Shown: positions 30,501 to 40,930 of the stretch, piece by piece
Position numbering within the stretch: position 1 is the stretch's first letter
Layout of the letters: every line of letters starts with the position of its first letter
NCBI RefSeq assembly: GCF_036971445.1
Contig: NC_091471.1
Span: forward strand, 261,144,001 to 261,208,000
DNA: 64,000 bases
Origin: Narcine bancroftii
Lineage: Eukaryota
Reading direction: 5' to 3'
Notes under the pieces: model-generated
Seen by the model: the letters and a program-made list of their open reading frames with translations, nothing else
Told to the model about the DNA's origin: nothing
Database searches by the model: none
Made by a program: the position numbers and the translations under genes

Positions 30501-33500
30501 TTGCCACAGCCTAGGAGTGAACAAGCAGAAGTTGGATTAGAGGAACACAGAACTCCAGATCAGATTCAGATTTATTGTCAGACTACATACATGACATCAC
30601 ATACAACCCTGAGATTCTTTTACTGCGGGCAAGGCCAAATGACCAGTTATTGGTAGTGCAAAAAATAAACTATACACAATATACACATGTAAACAAATTT
30701 TAAAAATGTAAACAAACTGACTGTGCAATAGAGAATAAAGTGCAAAAGTAAAAGTCCTTAAATGAGTCCCCGATTTTGTTGTTGAGGAGTCTGATGGTGG
30801 AGGGATAGCAGCTGCTCTTGAACCTGGTGCTGCTCTAGACCCAATTGTTACTGAAATATTTTGCTTGATAAAATTTGTTATTGGCCCATTTTCTTTGGAG
30901 TTATGAAATTGTGGACCTAACGAGTCAATTAGGTGCGATTAAAACAGTGGTTTTCAAACTTTTTCTTTCCACTCACGTACCCCCTTAAGCAATCCCTCAC
31001 AGAGCACTGATGGCATAGGGATTGATTGAGGGGGAATGTGAGTTAAGGGGGGGGCAGTTTGGAAAAAAAATATCACTGGTATATCTGCCCCAGATTCCTG
31101 AGCACTGTTCTCTGCAGTGAGACTCAAACCACAAAGGTTTCGATAGGGATGAACATGTCACCCACAGAGCTACAGATGAACTGAATATTTTCAGTCTAAG
31201 ATAGTCATTGATGTTTTTTTTTGTTTTTCTTTATTTATTTTTAACAATTTGCTTTTATTTTGGTTAACCCTAATGCATTAAGATCTTAAAAATCCCAAGA
31301 AATAATCTATGGTAGATTGAGGGTACTCAAAAGTGATTACTCTTTGAACTTTCATCAGCGTAGAGTGGTGAGGATTCCTTTGATGATCAGAAGATCCTCA
31401 AGGGATGGATTAGGAAGCATGACCCCCAGAGATCAAAAGTCAAGATGGGAGGAAGCTCCAGTGACGAAGCCCAACAGGTATAAAACACCAAAAGAAACTG
31501 TGTAAGGTGGATGTGCATTGTTGATCGGTGATGGAGAAGGAGCAAATTTCCTACACTCTTTCCAAGAATTTCCACTCTTTCACATTGTTGCCCCCTTAAG
31601 AAATGAGAAAAGGAATAGGCCAATTGGCCCCTTGAGTCTGTTACCTGATAAGATAATGGTGGATGCTCTAGCTTAGCTCCACTTGACCCCATTCAGAATA
31701 TTGTGTGGTTTATGGTATTCTTTCATGGTTGTGGCATTTTATGAACTAACTTGTATTTCTCTCATGGAATTAAGGCATTTCTGGCAAGGACAGCATTTAT
31801 TGCCCAGGCCCAATGCACCAGAGGGGGGGGGGGGGGGATCTGACTTCCTGAATAGTTGCTATGTTCCTGAGAGAGTTCCTGGATGGCTGCTGCCTTCGCT
31901 CTTCTGAGCAGCGGAGTACCTCAGACCTGGGAAGTCGTCCCAGTTCATGTTAATCCAGGCTGGGACAGCCGTACCTTTTGTAGGTGGCCATCGATCACTG
32001 TGGGAATGGTGGTGGACAGGTGCCAAACAAGTTGGCTGCTTTGTCCTTGATTGTCTCGAGCGTGGTTGGAGCTGCACCCACTCAGGTGAGAGGGAATATT
32101 CATCATACCCTCAACAACGCATTGTGGAAATTGGAGGGGTTTTGGGAGCCAAGAGGTGAGCCACTTGCTGCAGGATACTGAATTAAAATTATTTATATGG
32201 CTGGTCCAGTTTGGTGAATCTGAAGAAGTAATTTTTATTACATTGCTTTATTCATTTTAGTGAATTAGTTCCCAAATAAATTCCAAGAGTTGTTTAAACT
32301 ACCCAAATTATTTCAAATTCCATTTTCCACTTGTTCTATGTTTTTTTTTGGATAAATGTTAACAGCATCTCCAAAAATTTATCAACTTCTATGAGATAAA
32401 TCTGTGGAATTTGTTGCCACACGTGGCTGTGGAGGCCAGGTTATGGGGTGTATTTAAGACAGAAGGCCCTTTCATACAGTCAAAAAAACCTGAGTGTAAA
32501 GGCAGAGATTCTCTGCCTTATGTCGGGAGACTTACCTCTATGAATGTGCTGTGGCCGGCTCCAAGGCACCGACTGCAATCCCTCTCGGGGTAAGGGTCAG
32601 TGGTGGAGAGCTCCGCTCTGCCACCTGGCATGAATGTACTGCCGTTGCAAGCAACTGGCTAGGGACGGGCTGATGATGTTGCGGTGACATTGTCAGCCCA
32701 CGACCCATCTCACTCACTCGTGTCTCTCCTCCCTCTCCCTCTATAATCCCCTCAGGGCAGGGGCGGCTGGCAGGAGGGCCGCTCCAGCACCTCGCCGGGT
32801 CGCTTTGGTTTTCGGGGTTGCTCGTTAGCTCCAGTGGCTTAATTCACAGCAGAGCAATGGCCGTCTTCCTTACCCATAATCCCCCATGCAGCTGGAACCA
32901 TTCTAGGAAACACAGAGCGGTTCCAGCTGCGTGAGGATTATGGGTAGGGAAGACGGCCATTGCTCTACCGTGTACTTATGACTGGCAGCAGCACGGCAAC
33001 AGTCGCCCCACCTACAGCGGCTCTAGATGACGCACCGAGGCTCCGCTTTGCATAAAAACAGCACTGCAGCAGCCCGATACGTTTATATTTTTTTATCCAC
33101 TTCTGCAGATGGCCTCAAAGCAGAGGCCCAGCAGGAAAACACCTAGAGATTGATGGGTCCTTGATTAACCAGCATATCAAAGGTTATGGGGAGAAGGCCG
33201 GGCAGTGGGACTGTGGGAAAGTAGATCAGCTCATGATTAAATGGCAGGGCGATGGGCTGAATAGCCTATTTCTGCTCCTATGTCTTATGGACTCAGCCTA
33301 TGTTCTTATTGTTGGCATGTGGTGACATTGAAATTTCACCTCCAATGAAGTTACTGATAAGAAGCTGATTAAATTCTAAATTTATCATAATTTTGTGTGA
33401 TTGGTTTGAGGTGTCACTGGCAAGGTTGGGATATATTGCTGAATTTGTAGTTATCCATGCTTGCTAGATATTTTAGAGAGCAGTTAAGAGTCAACGTCAA

Positions 33501-35558
33501 CATAGTTGTGGAGTTACAAGGCCAGACTGGGTAAGGGTGGAGGAGGTCCTTCCCTGGAACACATCAGTGAACTGGCTGAGATTTTAATTACTATACAGTG
33601 ATTTCACAGTCACTACTGCCGAAGCACGCTTTATATTCAGAATTATTATTTCTTCATATCCTTAGGAAGCTGTAGATGAGATCATTAATTCAGGCATACG
33701 GATTCTACCATAATTTAGCCACTAGAGTACCAAAACACCCTTCTGGTTCTTCTGTATTACCAAAGAGTGGGACTAGTCAAGACCAATTCATCAAACTGAC
33801 ACCCTCCAAAATGAGCCATTAACCTGTAACATTCATGCTGCCTGATCTATCGAGTATTTCCAGCTTCAAAGATAAGAAGAATCTGCAGTATTTGCCTTTG
33901 GACTGCCAACCTGATGTGATCCATTATACTCTGCCAACCTGATGTGATCCATTATACTCTGCCAACCTGATGTGATCCATTATACTCTGCCAACCTATTG
34001 TGGCCCGTTACACTCTGCCAGGCTGATGTGGCCCATTACACTCTGCCAACCTGATGTGGCCCGTTACACTCTGCCAACCTGATGTGGCCCGTTACACTCT
34101 GCCAACCTGATGTGGCCCGTTACATTCTGCCAGGATGATGTGGTCAATTACACTCTGCCAATGTGATGTAATCCATTGCACTCTGCAGGCTTTTGTCATC
34201 CATTACACTCTGCCAGGCAGATATGATCTATTGCACTCTGCCAACACGATGTGATCCACTCCACTCTGCCAGGCTGATGTCGTCCATTACATTCAGCCAA
34301 CCTGATGTGGTTCATTGCACTCTACCAGCCGAAACTGTGCAAGACACTTCATCAGATTGTTCTTGCCTGCCTGCCATTTTCCTTCACTGGCCCCCTTCAC
34401 ATGCCTGATATTTTTAAACCTGGATGACCCAAAATTGTTGAATTCTGCAGCAATATTATTTTTTCTTCTTCCTTGGGATGTTGGAAGTGTCTCCTAGAAA
34501 TTTGTTTCAAATCCTGAGATTCGGTTCAATCCCCAAGAGTTGATACTTATCCCTAGGTAACGTTAAGTGAGGATATCAAACAGTTTGAAGCCAGAGAGAC
34601 TAAACAGAGTTCAAATACATGTCAGCCATGAATGAGCCTGCTGCTCTAGTCCCGTAAATGATCAGAGCAAAACCAAAAAGATTCCAATATTTATGACACT
34701 CAACAATCAAGATATTTTGACATCATGAACTTTATCATGTTTTACAGTAAATCTTCACAGGAATCACTCTAAATGAAGACTGGGACGGAGTAATAGTAAA
34801 GTGTGACTCACCTCCTGAGGGTCCACAACACAATAATGATAGAGATATTCATTGCCCAACATAATCCCTGCACCTCCTGAGTAGAACCGGCTGCATATTA
34901 ACCTGATCTGGCTGTAGTACATGGATCCTCCACTGCTAGCCATAGGATTCACTCCCATGATGTATACAATACTGGCGATGAGCTCCATCCCACCCAGGAT
35001 AGCGCTGAATACCAACACCAACAGGTAAAACTTCCGACTCCTGGAGTTCTGAGACTTGCTGATACTGGTGATGAAGAAGGCCAGGACAACAATAAACGAG
35101 ATTGCCGCCATCGCAATCATGAAGCCAGAGGCAGCCCTGGGGTCAGTGGTGCCTCTGCCATAGCCATAGCCACCCATCCCGGGATAATAGCTGTTTCCTC
35201 CCAATCCTGGGTAATAGCCACCTCCTCCCATTCCTGGGTAAAAGCCGCCTCCAACTCCAAGTCCTCCACCGAGGCCTAAGCCATAACCATAACCGTACTG
35301 CCACTGCAACGTCGATGCCACGCAGGCAAAGATAGCCAGGCACAAGATGATAACGATTCCTTCTAAAATGCGAATGATCCCCGGGGGGGAGCTCCACTTG
35401 TAGAAATGCTGCGGCTTATCTTCAATGTAGTATGAGCCAGGTGGGGGTGAACGCACATCGAATTCAAAGCTGCCCACAGAGGGCCTGTAGGCCACAGGCT
35501 GGCTGTACTGTGTGGGACTGTAGGCAGGGGGACTGCCATAGGGTCGATTCTCATACAT
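12456..35558 (-). CDS. OCLN: Occludin / occludin-like protein, 521 aa; complement(join(12456-12563,13608-13649,14179-14350,14497-14688,18564-18706,30349-30510,34812-35558))
   Basis: PPxY N-terminus (SPPAY), HFYKWSSPPGIIRIL, Gly/Tyr-rich ECL1, TDPRAA, YLYHYCVVDPQE, NIFWDK...PNVEEW, YETDYTTGAES and a C-terminal occludin/ELL domain (YPPITSD..RQEYK.EF...AEEYNRLK...KLSYIKR). All introns are GT-AG with matching phases. Orthologue versus paralogue is unresolved. Confidence 0.92.
13303..13535 (+). mobile_element. tRNA-derived V-domain SINE, near full length
   Basis: ggggtggcgtagcggttagc (A box), gggttcgaatccc (B box), V core, AT-rich tail. Confidence 0.8.
13608..13649 (-). CDS. OCLN: Occludin-like exon (42 bp)
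   Basis: ttccag|GGGGTT...AAAAAG|gtgagt; GVAEEYNRLKNFKK. Confidence 0.9.
14179..14350 (-). CDS. OCLN: Occludin-like exon (172 bp, occludin/ELL domain)
   Basis: tgtcag|CTTGTATCCT...TATCAG|gtatgg; LYPPITSDLIRQEYKSEF... Confidence 0.92.
14497..14688 (-). CDS. OCLN: Occludin-like exon (192 bp) with phospho-cluster YETDYTTGAES
   Basis: tgccag|GTATCAT...GGCAG|gtgggc. Confidence 0.88.
14782..15436 (-). mobile_element. L1-clade LINE, 5'-truncated 3' end with A-rich tail
   Basis: Minus ORF WACTKVNTFW...KKCI...QQWY.EINKCIPL resembles the L1 ORF2 C-terminus; T-rich tail on +; degenerate TSD acttctcctgcaaagtt (14767-14783) / acttatcctgcaatgtt (15437-15453). Confidence 0.7.
17427..18045. mobile_element. 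Non-autonomous TcMar (Tc2/pogo-like) DNA element with GC-rich interior
   Basis: Termini ccgtatatactcatatac ... tacatgagtaca; internal repeated ccccaaaa motif near both ends. Confidence 0.4.
18564..18706 (-). CDS. OCLN: Occludin-like exon (143 bp)
   Basis: tttcag|GTGAAG...GACTT|gtaagt; VKTVPAEGNDDTETIQFSDK...; phases 0 and 2 fit the neighbouring exons. Confidence 0.8.
18995..19285 (+). mobile_element. Penelope-like element fragment
   Basis: ORF remnant IILCHFRHLQQDPTMRHIFP.PP.SAFHREHSLCDSLIHS, typical of the PLE RT-to-endonuclease linker. Confidence 0.6.
19557..20070. mobile_element. Non-autonomous DNA transposon (MITE) with TIR tc(a/c)gctttcaggtgg and internal copies of the TIR motif
   Basis: tcagctttcaggtgg ... 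ccacctgaaagcgga; seven CAGGTG/CACCTG copies. Confidence 0.65.
20687..20924. mobile_element. Palindromic element (about 110-bp arms) made of inverted Penelope-type terminal repeats
   Basis: gtgaaacgcgaaagtctgcagacgatgtgactgt... mirrored by ...acagtcacatcgtctgcagacttttgtgtttcac; same repeat family at about 29118-29275, 35630-35780, 43420-43520, 52205-52300. Confidence 0.7.
23571..24017 (+). mobile_element. hAT-like non-autonomous element nested in the Tc1
   Basis: Ends caggg..tcagtgcca / tggtgccaacctg; ends similar to the element at 57120-57704. Confidence 0.5.
24395..24896 (+). mobile_element. CR1/L3 LINE 3' fragment nested in the Tc1
   Basis: ORF QRRFTRML.GL..LDYRERL..LGLYSLERRRLRGDLIEVFKIMKG; (ATGGTT/A)n tail. 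Confidence 0.85.
26382..27662 (-). mobile_element. Young RTE-clade (BovB-like) LINE, 5'-truncated, with intact 404-aa RT C-terminal ORF
   Basis: GVKQGCVLAP, LLFADD, FTYLG, C-terminal CxxC..HxxxC; TSD ACTGTCCT at 26374-26381 and 27667-27674. Confidence 0.92.
30349..30510 (-). CDS. OCLN: Occludin-like exon (TM4, 162 bp)
   Basis: cctag|GCTGTG...GAGTGG|gtaagt; AVAIVCGFL...PNVEEW. Confidence 0.92.
30833..31079. mobile_element. hAT/Charlie-like composite MITE, partial copy
   Basis: cagtggttttcaaact...ccactcac..cttaag unit plus spacer shared with 40006-40380, 61755-62109, 63129-63445. Confidence 0.7.
32395..33295 (+). mobile_element. CR1 3' end interrupted by a GC-rich DNA element of about 680 bp (about 32465-33143) with an internal hairpin
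   Basis: CR1 text ...gtatttaagacaga resumes as agagattgatggg at about 33144; hairpin arms 32851-32899 / 32919-32966. Confidence 0.55.
33903..34330. repeat. 28-bp minisatellite, about 15 units (ctgccaacctgatgtgatccattatact)
   Basis: Period 28 seen directly; units decay toward the right. Confidence 0.9.
34812..35558 (-). CDS. OCLN: Occludin-like first coding exon (MARVEL TM1-3); acceptor at 35575, ATG at 35558
   Basis: tctag|GTCCCC...ATGTATGAG...CAGGAG|gtgagt; 249 codons. Confidence 0.92.
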
Positions 35559-35629
35559 TATGATGGCAAGGGGACCTAGACAAGAGGAGAAACATTGACC
35601 AACGTCAATGGCCACAAAACAAGTAATCG

Positions 35630-36190
35630 TATAAAACGTAAAACAGGAAAGTCTGCAGAAACTGTGGTTGAAGTTAATACACGACACTGGAGAAACTCAG
35701 CAGGTCAAACTGTGCACTTTATATAGCAAAGATAAATATAATAACCAACGTTTTGGGCTTGAGCCCTTCATCAAGGGATGGACAAAATGTTGGTGAAATG
35801 GTAGGGGAGGGAGGGATGGGGGAGGAGCATGGTCCCAAAGGCAGGAGGTAATAGTTGGATAAGGGAGGGAGGGTGCACCAGCAAGCAGGGGGAGGAGGGA
35901 TGGATGTGAATGGAGAGGGAGGGGGAATGGAGAGTGGGCTAGCAGAAACCGGGAGAAGTCGATAATGCCACCCGGTTAGAAAGGGCCCAGACGGAAAATG
36001 AAATGCTGTTTCTCCAATTCACGTGGTTTTGTTTGTCAGTACACGAGGCCATGGACAGACATTTGAGCACGGGAGTGGGATGCAGAATTGAAGTGGTTGG
36101 CCACTGGAAGATCCCTGTCATTTATGCGGACAGAGCAAAGGTGCTCAGCGAAGCGATGTAGAGATGGTCACAAAGGGAGTGCTGTAAAGG
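35630..36190 (-). mobile_element. Penelope-like element 3' fragment (GIY-YIG C-terminus plus pLTR with hammerhead-like motif)
   Basis: Minus strand encodes DLPVANHFNSASHSRAQMSVHGLVY...LEKQHFIFRLG; motif ttgatgaagggctcaagcccaaaacgttgg. Confidence 0.7.
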
Positions 36191-37849
36191 TAGGAGGTGG
36201 TATCCTTGCTATAACTGAGTGTTGTGTCCAGAACAGCTCTCCAACGCTGATTAACCTGGACTGAACCATGCAGCCAAGTGCCCTCTTGATTCAGACTCCC
36301 TGCACTGGGTGTGAATGTTTATATGCCCATCAGAAGGGAGATCAGAGGAGCATATCCCAGCACAGTCGCTATTAGTACCACAGAGGTGAGAACTCAGTGT
36401 TTGAGACAACAGTTGAATTGGACTTTATCTACAATCAAACATTTAGCCTTCACACATTGTCCAGCAGGAGTAAATCAAAATTCAATGCAAGTCATTCTTC
36501 GCTGGCCACAGTGAAGGCTTTAACAGTTTGTGGTGAGATATCTTAATGATTAGGTTGGTCATGACTGATGCCTGAAAGTTCCACATGATCTGAAGCACAA
36601 GATATCAGAAGACTGGCTTTACATATGGAAAAGGCTTTTATTTGCATCCAGTGCAAGGATCAGAAAGGATGACAGGTGAGTTGGAGGGCAGGTGGGCAAG
36701 GCAGAGTCAGATGGTGGTGGCTTTAGGAAGAGGGAGTTTAGGGGGATGGGTTAGACAGGGTTCATTAACTTGGATGGACATTCGGGTGGTATTGAAAGGA
36801 AGAGAGCCTGCTTGTCTATCAATAAAATCAGACTGACCTCTGTTCAGAGCTCTCCAAATCACACAGTTTTAGAGTAACCAGGGCTACTGAAACCCGCTGA
36901 TGTGGCCAAACTTGAGTTAACAATTTGGGCAGGGAAGCTGAGAAGTGCAATTCTATTTACTAATAAAATAGTGACCTCATAAAATGACATACCTGGGGTT
37001 TGTGGATGCTGTGGACAAGGGCATCAATCATTGGTCCTAATACCAGGAGACATAAATGGTGGTGTGTTGGGGGGAGGGGTGGGTATCAGGGCTGTGATGA
37101 GTAGCTATTGGGGCTCTCTCAATGTACAAGACCATTGTTTTCACACTGGGCTCTAGATTAAAGTTCACTCATTCTTTGAGATTAGAAGCAGCTTAAAATT
37201 CATTTTAATCTTGTACATCCACGATGTAAGGAATGAGCTCAGTGTTCTTGCCCATCTTTGTGGTTGAGGTCATGGCTTCAGGTTCCATTGGCAAGAAACC
37301 ACAGTATATTATGTGGATGGCACACATTGCTGGAAGAGGGAGTGAATATATTGATGGAGATTGCAGGAGCACCAGTCAAATGGACTGCTTTGTCCTGGAT
37401 AGCACAGAGCTTATTCCCACTATTATGGATGATGCATTCATCAGGGAAGTTGAGCTGGCCCTATCATACACCTGATCTGTCCACTGCACGATGGGAAGAA
37501 TTTAGGGAGTCAAGTTGCACACAACACTCAGCTTCTCACTTGTACATCAAGTGTCTAGTCAATGGTAACATTACCTATTCCTCCCAAGATGTTGAGGGTA
37601 GGAGACATAACTATGGTAACGTGAAAGTAGGGGGTGAGACTATCTTTTGTTGGTCTTGCCATGCCAAAATGTTGTCCAATTTTACTATGGACTGTTTCAG
37701 CACCTGAACTCTATGACATTAATATTATGGGAATTTGAGCAATTGGGACAGTTTAAGCACATGAAACTAAACAAAAACAATTTAATATCTCAGGACACTG
37801 CTGTAAAATTGATTAACAAAATTTTCTTCACCTCCCATTGGTGTGTGGT

Positions 37850-38860
37850 GTTTGTGAGACTGTGTGAGACTATATGACTGCATGTGTGCTTGTTTGTGTG
37901 TGAGACTGAGTGTGGGTGAGACTGTGTGTGGGTGGGACTGAGTGTGGGTGGGACTGAGTGTGGGTGGGACTGAGTGTGGGTGGGACTGAGTGTGGGTGGG
38001 ACTGAGTGTGGGTGGGACTGAGTGTGGGTGGGACTGAGTGTGGGTGGGACTGAGTCAGTGAGACTATGAGGGTGAGACTGAGTGTGGGTGGGACTGTGTG
38101 TGAGACCGTGTGTGTGTGCTTGTGAGACCGTGTGTGTGTGCTTGTGAGACGGTGTGTGTGTCTTTGTGAGACGGTGTGTGTGTTTGTGAGACGGTGTGTG
38201 TGTTTGTGAGACGGTGTGTGTGTTTGTGAGACTGCGTTTGTGAGACTGCGTTTGTGAGACTGCGTTTGTGAGACTGCGTTTGTGAGACTGCGTTTGTGAG
38301 ACTGCGTTTGTGAGACTGCGTTTGTGAGACTGCGTTTGTGAGACTGCGTTTGTGAGACTGCGTTTGTGAGACTGCGTTTGTGAGACTGCGTTTGTGAGAC
38401 TGCGTTTGTGAGACTGCGTTTGTGAGACTGCGTTTGTGAGACTGCGTTTGTGAGACTGCGTTTGTGAGACTGTGTGTGTTTGAGAGACTGTGTGTTAGTG
38501 AGACTGTGTTAGTGAGACTGTGTTAGTGAGACTGTGTTAGTGAGACTGTGTTAGTGAGACTGTGTTAGTGAGACTGTGTTAGTGAGACTGTGTTAGTGAG
38601 ACTGTTAGTGAGACTGTTTGTGAGACGGTGTGTGCGTTTGTGAGACTGCATTTGTGAGACTGCGTTTGTGAGACTGCGTTTGTGAGACTGCGTTTGTGAG
38701 ACTGCGTTTGTGAGACTGCGTTTGTGAGACTGCGTTTGTGAGACTGCGTTTGTGAGACTGCGTTTGTGAGACTGCGTTTGTGAGACTGCGTTTGTGAGAC
38801 TGTGTGTGTGTTTGTGAGACTGTGTGTGTGTTTGTGAGACTGTGTGTGTGTTTGTGAGAC
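37850..38860. repeat. Compound minisatellite: 16-bp (gggactgagtgtgggt)n and 14-bp (gagactgcgtttgt)n / (gagactgtgttagt)n
   Basis: Directly visible tandem arrays in the putative first intron of the occludin-like gene. Confidence 0.95.
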
Positions 38861-38899
38861 TAAACAGCAGATCATGTTTCAAACCTGAAATTAAAAAGA

Positions 38900-39690
38900 T
38901 TTTCAGTTTGTTGCGCGATTTGCACTCCCCCCCCCCAACCACCACCACCGAAACGCAAGTGCTCCACAAATTAAACGGAGAGCTTTTATTCAGGGCGATT
39001 AGACTTGGAGACGCGCAAGCGGAGCCCGGGGTGGGTCGCTGTTTGGAGGCGCCCCTCTCGCCCCCCACACACCGGAGTCGTTTCCAAACAGCGGACTTCC
39101 CCCCCCCCCCCCACCTCCTGTTCGCTCGCCTTCTTTGTACAGTTATTAGTCAAGTTGAACTCAATCAACAAAATTAACTTTCAAAAAGCATTAATATTAC
39201 AGTTTGTTTAAGTATTTGAACCCGTCCACGGGGGTGAAACAGTAGCGAGACGGGACACCCAACGTGCTCGTTTCCAACTGACCCTGAAAGTGTTCCCTAC
39301 CTTTCAATGCCCACTCGCTCACCGGGTGGGCGCTTCCGTCCTCCCCCAACTTCACGCAACCTGCTGCAGAATCTCCCTCGATGTCCTTTCCCTGCTGTCC
39401 CCTCCTCTCTCGGAGCCCGGAACCGTTTGCAAGCTGCGGGATCCCGAGAGTTAACCTATCCGCCCATTCGTCCTTCCTCTGCCCCCAGGTTGGCTTTTGT
39501 CCCGTCCTTCCAACCAGTTACTGCGAGGCGAAAATGGCAGCGAGAAGGCTTAATCATTCATCCGAGATCAACAAACTGCACTCAAAGCGAAGGCGAAAGT
39601 TCCGCTTCATTAATCCTGGCTGCCCCTCTCTTGCACTGTGAAGCCAATAGTGGAAGCGATGAACTGGAACCCCCCCCCCCCCCCCCAGCA
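38900..39690 (-). promoter_or_regulatory. CpG-rich promoter / probable non-coding exon 1 of the occludin-like gene (donor AAG|gtaggg, exon ending at 39301)
   Basis: Visible CpG enrichment in non-repeat sequence about 3.7 kb upstream of the ATG exon; GC boxes; GRHL-like AACCAGTT at 39512-39519. Confidence 0.55.
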
Positions 39691-40005
39691 TTATTGGGCA
39701 ACAGGACAGGATGAAACACTGCAAACTAACAGAAACTCAGGGAACACCCCCATAACAATGAGAGTCTTTGTTGATGTGTGATATTTTGCCAGTGTCTCCG
39801 TTAACAATTGATATTCGACTATTGATTCGAAAACGGAATAAAATAACAGGAGAATTAGACTTTCCCTGCACCGGAGAGCACACAAACAGGGGCAAGCCAG
39901 CACAAGGCCTTATCGAAATCCAAAGGCATGAACAAATAGAGGGGCTGGAGATCAGCAATTTTGATAAGGGAATGCTGGAAATACTCAATTGGTATGTCAT
40001 GTGGA

Positions 40006-40380
40006 GGTAGGGGTTCTCGACCTTTTTCTTTCCACTGGCATCCCACTTTAAGAATTCCCTATGCCATCAGTGCTCTGTGATGAGTCAGCGATTGCTTAAG
40101 GTGCGATATGGATGGAAAGAAAAAGTTTGAAAACCACTGTTTTAATTGTCCCTCATTGACTCGTTATGTGCACGGTTTCAGAACTCCAAAGGAAATGGCC
40201 AATGACAATTTTTCTCAAGGAAAATATTTCAGTAACAATTGGGTCGGGAGCAGTGGTTCTCAACCTTCCCTTCCCACTCACATCCCACCTTAAGCAATCC
40301 CTTGCTCATCACAGAGCACCAATGGCCTAGGATTACTTAAAATGGGATGTGAGTGGACAGAAAAAGGCTGAGAACCTCTG
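40006..40380. mobile_element. hAT/Charlie-like composite MITE
   Basis: Two small TIR-bounded units (ggttctc..cct / aggttgagaacc) separated by a conserved spacer. Confidence 0.7.
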
Positions 40381-40384
40381 GTCT

Positions 40385-40930
40385 ATAGGGCACTCAATTG
40401 GAGTACTGCGTACAGTTTGGAGTGCTTTATTTGAGAGAAGATGTGCTGGCAGTGGAGAGGGTTCCACTAGAATGATACCAAGAATGAAAAAGTTAGTATA
40501 TGAGGAATGTTTGTTGGATCTTGGACTATTCTTGTTGGAGAAGAACAGAAGGATGAGGAGGAGGGGGACACCTCATAGAGGCCTTTCAAAAGCTGAAAGG
40601 CCTGGGCAGAGTAGATGTGGCAAGATTGTTTCCCATGGTAGGGGAGTCTGGAGCAAGAGGGCAGAACTTCAGGATTAAAGGGCATCAATTTAAAACAGAG
40701 ATGGAGACATTTCTTTAGCGAGAAGGTGGTGAGTCGATGGAACTTGTTGCAACAGGCAGCTGTGGAAGTGAGATCAGTGGGTGTATTTAAGCCATAGATT
40801 GACAGTTATTTGATTAGTCAGGGCATCAAGGGTGACGGAAAAAGCCAGGGAGTGGGGCTGTGTGAGGATGGATCAGCTCATGAGCAGATTCGATGGGCCT
40901 ATTGGCTTACTTCTGCTCCTACATCTTGTG
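40385..40930 (+). mobile_element. CR1/L3 LINE 3' fragment
   Basis: ggagtactgcgtacagtttgg...RMIPRMK.L.YEE.L..LGLF.LE and a CR1-type 3' UTR. Confidence 0.75.

Noticed and set aside
33903-34330. 28-bp repeats as a CRISPR array
   Set aside because: Head-to-tail units with no unique spacers; vertebrate intron; no cas genes
35559-35687. N-terminal extension MSCINF... of the 307-aa ORF
   Set aside because: Mostly upstream of the splice acceptor at 35575 and overlapping a Penelope terminal repeat; the real start is most likely MYENRP at 35558
38565-39068. Repetitive ORFs (SLTNAVSQTQSHKR)n
   Set aside because: Translation of the 14-bp minisatellite; no splice or start support
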